In this document: positions 56,343 through 64,000 of the stretch, one piece after another
Layout of the letters: every line of letters begins with the position of its first letter
Position numbering within the stretch: position 1 is the first letter of the stretch
NCBI RefSeq assembly: GCF_009914755.1
Contig: NC_060938.1
DNA length: 64,000 bases
Source of the DNA: the human T2T-CHM13v2.0 reference genome, Homo sapiens
Direction: 5' to 3' (one strand)
Program-made: the position numbers and the translations under genes
The notes under the pieces: generated by a model
What the model was told of the DNA's origin: nothing
Seen by the model: only the letters and a program-made list of their open reading frames with translations
Database searches by the model: none

Positions 56343-56770
56343 GCGTGACCAGGGGGTATCTGGGGACCAGGTCTCCATCATGGTGGATGGAGTCCAGGTT
56401 GCACTACCATCATACGAGGAGGCTGTATATGGCAGTTCTGGTCACTGTGTGCCACCTGCTGACCCCAGAGTACAGATTGTGCTGTCAGAAGGGTCTGGGC
56501 CCAGTGGGAGGAGCGTGCCAAGGGAGCAACAGCTGCCGGACCAAGGGGCCTGCTCCTCTGCAGGTGGAGAAGATGAGGCCCCAGGCCAGTCTGGACTATG
56601 TGAAGCCTGGGGCTCTCGGGCCTCAGAGACTGTGATGGTGCATCAGGCAACCACCTCTTCCTGGGTGGCCGGCTCAGGGAACCGCCAACTGGCACACAAA
56701 GAAACTGCAGATTCAGAGAACAGTGACATACAAAGCCTTTTATCCCTCACGTCAGAGGAGTACACAGATG
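56343..56770 (+). CDS. SUSD6: SUSD6 coding exon 4: cytoplasmic tail with LPSY motif
   Basis: Acceptor cttttcctcctccactccAG| at 56342, donor ATG|gtgagt at 56771. 428 nt, phase 2-1. Matches ORF 56380..56802 (MVDGVQVALPSYEEAVY...SEEYTD). Confidence 0.95.
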
Positions 56771-57199
56771 GTGAGTGGTCCAAGCTGAACATGAATTATT
56801 AGCTGCTTAGGGTCCTTGCTGGGAGTGAGGAAGGACTGTGAGCCTTTCTAAATAATTGGTATATTTTTAGCAAAAAAAAGATAGTACCTGGGGTATTTGC
56901 CTACAAAATAGAATTTCACCCTCAGAGTACTGAGTAGGGCTTTGGGCTCTCTGTAGTGAGACTTTTCACTGACGCCTGTGAATTCTGATCGTTTGGAGTC
57001 TCTGAGGCCATTCATAGTCACAGAGCCTTGCTAAATCAAAAGACAGCTTGCTGGAGTTGGGGGTGGGGTCTGTCCTCTTGTTATAAATGTTATGTTCCTG
57101 AAAGGTCAGGAATGACAAGGAGGCATAGGTTATTTTACAGAAAAATGAGAGCCTCTCCAGAGCAGACAGCTGCTGCTTTCTAAACAGGAGTGTTCCGGG

Positions 57200-57380
57200 T
57201 ACTATGCTAGTTTGTTTTCTTGCACTATCTCAGTTAAACATCACAGTGATCCTAAGACACAGGTATTTATTGACATCCCCATTTTACAGCTGAGGAAACT
57301 AAGGCTCACAGAAGGTAAGTCACTTGGCCCACTGGTAAATGGCTGAGCTGGGATTTGAAGCCAGATTCTGCCTTCCAGGT
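57200..57380 (-). mobile_element. MIR SINE
   Basis: atccccattttacagctgaggaaactaaggctcacagaaggtaagtcacttg..gctgagctgggatttgaa. Confidence 0.75.
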
Positions 57381-58619
57381 GGCTCTAGCGCCCTTGTGGC
57401 AAACAATCATAGAATGAAATTACTGCCTCCTGATGTTTCTGCCTTTGCCAGAGGCCAGTTTACCCTGGGCTTGAGTCTGTCACTTTGAAAGCTGTCTTTA
57501 AGGTAAATCCCAATGTAGTTCAGGATGAGACTAACCCTAGATGCCCCTTTCTATAGTGAAGACTTGTACACTCAGAAAGCCTCCCTAAAAGAGCCTTAGA
57601 GGAAACTTTATGCTTCCTGGGTATCCTGGGCATAGTAAATGTCTAAGGTTTAGAATATCTGAAAGCAAAGAAGTTGGAAATTACTGAAAGCAGATCATGT
57701 TTATGGAGCTTCCTGGTTATCAACATCTTGCCTTCGTTTTTCTTGGTTGGCCATTAAAATAGTTGACCCAGGTTTGAATCTGGAAGCCAGTAACCCCACA
57801 GTCAGCCAGCCACACATATTGTGAGATGTGTGTAAGTGTATATCATAGCCCTTATCTTCCCAAGGAGCCAAGGTGGGGCCCTCCTCTTCCTCCTCTTCCA
57901 TGCTACCTAGCTTTGTTTTTTGTATTTAACAAGCATTTTGAGAGGCCATCTTGTGCCTAATGCTGGATTAGGTTTCAGGGGTGATACAGAGAAATATGAA
58001 ATGTGCTATCTTCCTGCATGGAGTATCAGCCATTTGGGAAGATGGTGGGGCCTATACTCAAGAAATAATAGAACCAGGAATTGTAGTGTCTGTGTCAGAA
58101 TGAGGGGTTCAGAAAACAAGACACATTAAGTCAGTAAGTTCCTTGCAGGCCATGCCTGAGCTGTTTGGGACTGATAATACCCTAGGAAGTTGGGAGCTTG
58201 AGGCCCACAGCATATGAAGAAGCTGAAACCAAAAGAAGGGAAGTGATTTATCCAAAGTCACACGACTGGCAGATGGCTTTAGGAGGCAGTGGGACTTCAC
58301 AGGGCTTTGTAGCCTCATAGGGTGGAATTAGGAGAGAAAGGGAAGTGACTAGACCAGCAGAGCTAAGGCAGAGAGGAGGATGGTTTGAATACCAGGCTGA
58401 ACATTGAGTTTTTTTCACATAGGCACTGGGAAAGATAAGCTAGAAAGTCATAAAAAAGGAGGTAGGGAGTTTTTGCCTACCTAGAAGTGTATGAGTGGGA
58501 CATTTACTTTCTTTAAATTAGGGGCTATGTAGGATAGCCCCTAAGTTGCAGTGGGGTCGAGAGTGCTCTAGAGTTCCACACAAGGTAACCACTGTGCTTT
58601 TCTTCTGGTCTTCCTGCAG

Positions 58620-58645
58620 ATATTCCACTGTTGAAAGAAGCATGA
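58620..58645 (+). CDS. SUSD6: SUSD6 last coding exon: DIPLLKEA-stop
   Basis: Acceptor ttttcttctggtcttcctgcAG| at 58619, TGA at 58643-58645. Exon sum 121+198+139+428+26 = 912 nt = 303 aa plus stop. Confidence 0.93.
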
Positions 58646-60236
58646 GGGCAGCGGCCAGCCTTTCCTCTCTGCGAGGTTCTCTCAGCCCTTCCTCCCTCTC
58701 CCTGTGGGATTGAGCACCCTGTACTCTCCAGCCACCTTACCTGGATACCTGAGCTGCCACCTGTGTATCTGTGTATCTCTGAGGGCCCTATAGGCCCACC
58801 TTGCTGGAAACTCAAGGAAGATTCTCGCCATCTGCCTGTTGGACAGCTGGAGGAGCTGGCTCTTTGCCTGGCCCCGCCTTCCCATCTGTCAGAGACATAT
58901 TTGAATGTGCTGGATCAAACCCTCCCTTTTCCTAAGCCTCTGGGTCCCCTCCAGCCAGCTCTTTGGCGGCAGCCCCCACCAGCTCCTGTGGGCCTGAGTG
59001 CTGCTGTGTTTACTTGTGCCTTTCCCCCACCCTGTCCAGTTTCCCTGTCATGCAGACTTGTTGCTGTCCACAAGCCTTAGTGGCTGCACTGCTGCCCCCT
59101 GCCACACAGGGGGCCGGGCCTGGGTCTGTCCTGTTTCCTTTGAGGGTTGCCCCTACTGCCCTTTGCAGGAACAGATCCAGGTGTGAGAGCTCTTGAGTCA
59201 AGAGTGGCAGAAGTGGCTCTAATTGGGGTGAGAGTGTAGTCCCTGGGCTTGCCCTGGGTTGACCCTGGTGGCATATTTCCTTGGCCGAGGATGGAAGATT
59301 TGGAGAATCATGTCCATGCTGGCCCAGGACCCAGCCATCTGGCCCAAAGGCACAAGCTCCTGGCCCTGTTGAGTTGAGAGTTTCCAAGAAGCATCCAGAA
59401 GATCCCAAGGGAGAGAAGGAAAATGGCTGATAATGATTGTCTTCCTAATATGCAAGTTCTCACTTCCTACTTCCAGCATCGGCCTTCCTGGCCTTGTCTT
59501 TTTTTTGTTTCCCTGGAGTATAATGGGAAGTTGCATGCTGCCTCCTGGGTTTTATCCCAGATAGCTCTGGCTTTCTTGCTGCCCACAGGGGCCTGGGGCA
59601 GGAAGGAGACTTGCTGAGATGCCATGGAGTGCCCATCTGGTCACTGGCAGTCTGGGCAGGTTGCCCCTTTCTGGGTTTGTGGTGACGGAGGGGAGGCCGA
59701 GAGGCACAGACCAAGTCCCCGGGTGGCTGCAGGCAGCTCCAGCCCGGTCCTGAGGATCCTCCTCACCATGGTCACGTGCCTTAGTAACTGTGCCCAGGAA
59801 GTGGCCTGCTGCTTGCTGTGCTGCTGCTTTTCCTACTTCTGCCCTTCCCTGCCACCCCTCGCATGTCACAGCTGACAAGCAATTCCTTGTCTTCCCTGGC
59901 CCCCTGGGGGAAGGGCTGAGAAACAGTCCATGTGCACCCCAACCTTAATGGCCTGAGGTGGGCAGAGGGGTGTGGAGCAGCCTGGAGTACAGGGCCCTGG
60001 GGGAGGAGCCCACTGATGAGGGGCGCTCTCCCATAGCCATGTGTTGAATGCTAACTAGGCTGGGGTGGACGAACTCTGCCAACTGCTGTCATCTTAGAAG
60101 ATAGATGCAGCAGTAAGGAATGTTTGTTTTGCTTTTTTCTGAAATTTTCTGAAGCACTGTGGCTGGGAAACTTCGAAGCGGACCCTGTGCTGCATGTCTG
60201 CTCCTCCCCTGAGCCTGTCTGCTTGGGGGTGGTAAA

Positions 60237-60242
60237 AATAAA
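60237..60242 (+). terminator. Candidate proximal polyadenylation signal AATAAA
   Basis: Canonical hexamer within the 3' UTR, followed by tttattttCA about 18 nt downstream and a GU-rich gtgggtgg stretch. Confidence 0.4.
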
Positions 60243-62782
60243 AATCCCAGTTTATTTTCAGTACCTTACCTAACAGGGTTGGCTCCAGGCGTGGGTGGCC
60301 TAGAAGATGAGGGGAGTGGTCTTCTCCCAGCCTTTTACCCTCTTGCCTCCTGCCTCCGCGCTTACACACGCACTTTACCACCCGGTCATTCCCTGGCCTC
60401 TTGCTGCCACTTGTAGTCTTCCTTCCTTCCTCTCAGGGTAAGGGCAGTGCCTGCTGTGCCTGTTGGCCACTCCCACACTTCCCCTCCCCCAGGAGCCCTC
60501 ATCTGCTGTGCTGAGTCCAGGAAAGCATAGTTAGGTAGGGAGCTGGTTGGAGAAGGTGCTAGAACTAGAAGGCAGATGAGACTAGCATGGGCCCACCTGG
60601 AGGGCTGTCCCTAATGGCCCCAGTCGCCTTACCTCACCCACAGCAGTGCCCTTGTCTTCCTCCAAAACAGAAAGCAGTGACAAAAGGGGGAGGGGTGGTA
60701 ATCTGAAGTCTCACTGCTGAGCCTTCAGCTTTTATTTTTCACTGTTTCAAAACCCGCATTCTATTCTAGAATGGTTTTTAAAATGGAAGATCTTACCTTT
60801 TTCTATCTTGTTACTCTGGGGTTTTGTCCCCCTAAGAGATTGCACTTTTTGTTTGGGGTTTATTCAGCTGCATAGATGACCAGCTTGATCCCTGGTGAAA
60901 TGAAAAGCCTTCCTTCTCCTGAAGCCTCTTTCCGCCCTGCCCTCCACTAACAACACTGAGGAGCACAAGCCCAGGCTTGCCCACCTGGTAGGAAAGGAAG
61001 AAATTAGAACAATGGGAGCCTTGGCTCCCCTCTCGTCTCCTCCCCTCCTTCTTGTCACTGGCTTTGATGAGGCCCACTTCCCAGAGGCTCCTGGGCCTGT
61101 GAGTGCAGGAGCTCATTCTCCCCTCACTGCTGAAGTCTGTGACAGCTTCTTCCTCCAGTTATGTCTTTCTTCCAAAGCAATTTCTTAACCATCAGCCATG
61201 TGCTGCTATTTCTAGGGCTTCTGGGCTTTGTCCCTTACTGAGAGATTAGGGACTCCACAGCTGCCTTGAGGTAGGGCCTGGCTGAGAGACAAGGGTAGCA
61301 GCAGGTGGCAGGCTGTTAAAAGACAGGCTGCCTGAGGAGCCTGGAGCAGGTGGAAACAGGTGGAAGAAACCGGCCACAGCCCTGCTTTACCGGGCTCACC
61401 TCTAGGGCATTCCAGCAAGAGGCTGATGCAGGAGAATGGCCAGCACCAAAGGACATTTAAAAGAGTTTTTGGGTTTTTTTGTTTGTTTGTTGTTGGTGTT
61501 TGTTTTTTTTTTTTTTTTTTGGCACACTTGAGCTGACTCAGTGCAGGTTTAATATCCTGGTGACTTGCAGTCACATTCTAATGACTTTCAAGGGCCAGAA
61601 TATGGTGAAAATCACTTAAAATATCCGTCCCTTCCATGCCTTAGTTTAGCAGGTAGGCTCTATCTTTTGCCATTTCTGTATTTTATGTGCTGTGTTCCCG
61701 TTTCACTGGGTATGAACTGTGAAATGGACTGAATCCTGGCCACTTTATGAGTTTGTTTGGTTTTATAAGGCATTTCAATGTACATTCTATAAATACAAGC
61801 ACTCCATTTGCAAACAGATCTTAAGCTAATATTTTCTTTCCCATTCATCTTGCCCTCCCCCTCCTCCCGCCAGCTTTAAAGTTCAGTGGAGAAGCCAGAT
61901 GGCAATTCAGACAAAGGTATACTCTTCCTGCTTCATGGGTGGTGGCACGGGAATAGATAGCCCTTAGCCCTTTCCCTCCCAGTCCCAGCTGAGCCCTCAG
62001 ACCACTTGCTTCCCACATAACAATGTCGCCTCCATTTCCGAGGAACATCCTTGCGTAGAGAATGAAATATGCTGCAATCATTTCTGCATCCTTACTCCTC
62101 ACCCCCAAAGAAAAAAAAAAGGCCTAGCAGGGAAGCAGCATGCAGGCTTCACAGCTTAATGCCAAGGACAGCGAGTGAGGCTGGGAGCTTCTCTTGGGCC
62201 TGCTGGGTCTGTCAGCTCTCGGAATAGGGACAGTCCTTACTGGTGCCCCAAGGTGGGACTTGGAGAATATTTTGCTTGGCATATGTTTGGTCTGAATGGT
62301 GTAGTTGCTGGTTCCCTAGAGAGGAAAAGGTGGCAGGCCCAGCTTTGCTGGGAAATGGCTCTTAATTTCCAGTTGAAACCCTAGTAGAATTGTGAATGAA
62401 AACCTCAAGGTTGAGCCCCTCTGCCAAGCAGCAGAGCTAGTAGAAGGGGATGCAGGGGCAAAGCACTCAGTTGCCAAGCAAGGAGGAGAGATGTACGTGG
62501 GCTGTGTGGCAGTCCCCACACCCTGCCCTGGCTTCTTCAGGTTATCGCACCACTATGGAATCCTTTGCAGAATGGTACTCATATAATGGTTTAAAACAAC
62601 ACATTCATAATTGACTCTGTGCAGGATGTCACTCAATCAGTTTGGGTTTGCTTTATTTTATTTTATATATATATTTTTTGGTATCCTGTACATTGCAGTG
62701 GGTGTGAAGATAGTATTTTAATATTTGTACAAAGTTTAATTTAATTTTAATTGTTCTATGTATATAACTGCATTTCTAAATA

Positions 62783-62788
62783 ATTAAA
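62783..62788 (+). terminator. Distal polyadenylation signal ATTAAA
   Basis: ATTAAA preceded by TGTA (CFIm-type) motifs at about 62687, 62726 and 62759 in an AU-rich context. Confidence 0.75.
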
Positions 62789-62951
62789 AAAAAGTTCTTA
62801 TGAAGGCAATTCTGGGAGATGTGATCCTTCCTGAAAGTTTTTGCAGAAACCTTAGATTGAAAGAGCATATGTGGGCAGGAGGTCATGGAAGGATGAGGCA
62901 CTAGCTCTGTAGGGAGGGTGCCTGGCAAGAGGTGGAGGAGCCAGGATGGAG

Positions 62952-63217
62952 AGCACTTTGGGAGGCCAAGGCAGTTGGATCACTTGAGACTAGGAGTTTG
63001 AGATCAGCCTGGCCAACATAGCAAAAGTCCATCTCTACTAAAAATACAAAAATTAGCTGGGCGCGGTGGTGCATGCTTGTAATCCCATCTACTTGGGAGG
63101 CTGAGGCCGGAGAATCGCTTGAACCCAGAAGACGGAGGTTGCAGCCAGCTGAGATTGCACCATTGTACTCCAGCCTGGGCGACAGAGCGAGACTGTCTCA
63201 AAAAATAAATAAATAAA
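62952..63217 (+). mobile_element. AluS-type element, 5'-truncated, downstream of the gene
   Basis: agcactttgggaggccaagg... to an (AAAT)n tail. Confidence 0.9.
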
Positions 63218-63225
63218 GAAGTCTT

Positions 63226-63535
63226 GGCCAGGCGCGGTGGCTCACGCCTGTAATCCCAACACTTTGGGAGGCCGAGACAGGCGGACCACGAGGTCAGGAG
63301 ATGGAGACCATCCTGGCTAACACGGTGAAACCCTGTCTCTACTAAAAATACAGAAAAAAAAAAAAAAAAACCCCGGCATGGTGGCAGGTGCCTGTAGTCC
63401 CAGCTACTCAGGAGGCTGAGGCGGGAGAATGGCGTGAACCCAGGATGCGGAGCTTGCAGTGAGTCGAGATCGCACCACTGCACTCCAGCCTGGGCAACAG
63501 AGCAAGACTCTTGTCTCAAAAAAAAAAAAACAAAA
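63226..63535 (+). mobile_element. AluY-type element in tandem, with an expanded A-linker
   Basis: accatcctggctaacacggtgaaacc, gagaatggcgtgaacc..gcggagcttgcagtgag. Confidence 0.92.
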
Positions 63536-64000
63536 CACAGGAGTCTTGACCACCAAATCTTCAGTATGGTGGGGTGCGGGTGCTTGGGCAAGGGAGGGAC
63601 AACAGCAAAGGGAGGTTCAAACCGGGCAGAAAGCCACCACAGCTTCAGTGTGGCAAGGAGCACATTTGAAATGAGCTCACAAAAGGAAGCCTTTGGATTA
63701 TATTCCTGGAAAGGGCAGATGTCTTGGAGCAGACGGGAAGAGAGAAGGAACTGTGGTGATGGCTCCCAAAACACCAAGGGTTTCAGGAAGAAGGCAGTGA
63801 GGTCCAAGTTAAAATAAGGGAAGCATTCTATTTATCTGGGGAAACTATGGCAACAGTAGGCATTGCCGGCAGTTCAGTGGGCAGGAGCAGTGAGGAGGGC
63901 AGGAACACAGGGAGAAATGGTGGGAATGCATTCAGGGAAGCCAAAAGCAAAAGATAGCTGGCAGCATGCCAGGATTCATGTTGATGCAAGCCAGCGTCTA

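Larger units (their letters stand above)
58646..62808 (+). other. SUSD6: SUSD6 3' UTR (~4.15 kb, no Alu; 3' end approximate)
   Basis: Runs from the stop to an AU-rich terminal block with several TGTA motifs and ATTAAA. Alu repeats resume at about 62950. Confidence 0.8.

Noticed and set aside
58646-60400. Dense overlapping ORFs on both strands after the stop codon
   Set aside because: GC-rich 3' UTR has few stops, and I see no recognisable domain or splice structure.
63004-63807. Longest ORF in the track (267 aa, minus strand)
   Set aside because: It reads through two tandem antisense Alus (QAGVQW..., LPKCWDYR...), the standard Alu pseudo-translation, and has no ATG start or domain.

Overview
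This is primate (almost certainly human) nuclear genomic DNA, not prokaryotic: it is Alu-, MIR-, L1/L2-, LTR- and DNA-transposon-rich. It holds the complete coding sequence of one spliced + strand gene that I recognise as SUSD6 (KIAA0247/DRAGO). Five coding exons (6268-6388, 51061-51258, 52270-52408, 56343-56770, 58620-58645) join through GT-AG introns into 912 nt, or 303 aa: signal peptide, Sushi/CCP domain, one TM helix, and a tail with an LPSY motif and acidic dileucine signals. A ~4.15 kb Alu-free 3' UTR ends near ATTAAA 62783. The first non-coding exon and promoter are not in the window. Nearly all other ORF-track entries are Alu-derived or chance ORFs. The best lead is an antisense MER41B-type solo LTR in the 44.7 kb intron (44465-45111) that keeps a tandem pair of GAS/STAT motifs and an IRF motif. 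Other ISRE/EICE motifs and candidate p53 elements lie in the same intron. Together they suggest a retrovirus-derived interferon-inducible enhancer controlling an MHC-I-degrading factor. Other leads are decoy out-of-frame AUGs behind the start codon, Alu-flanked circRNA candidates, a possible soluble Sushi-only isoform, and a 3' UTR polyadenylation switch. Repeat subfamily names come from memory of consensus sequences, and edges without a quoted TSD are approximate. No computation was run.
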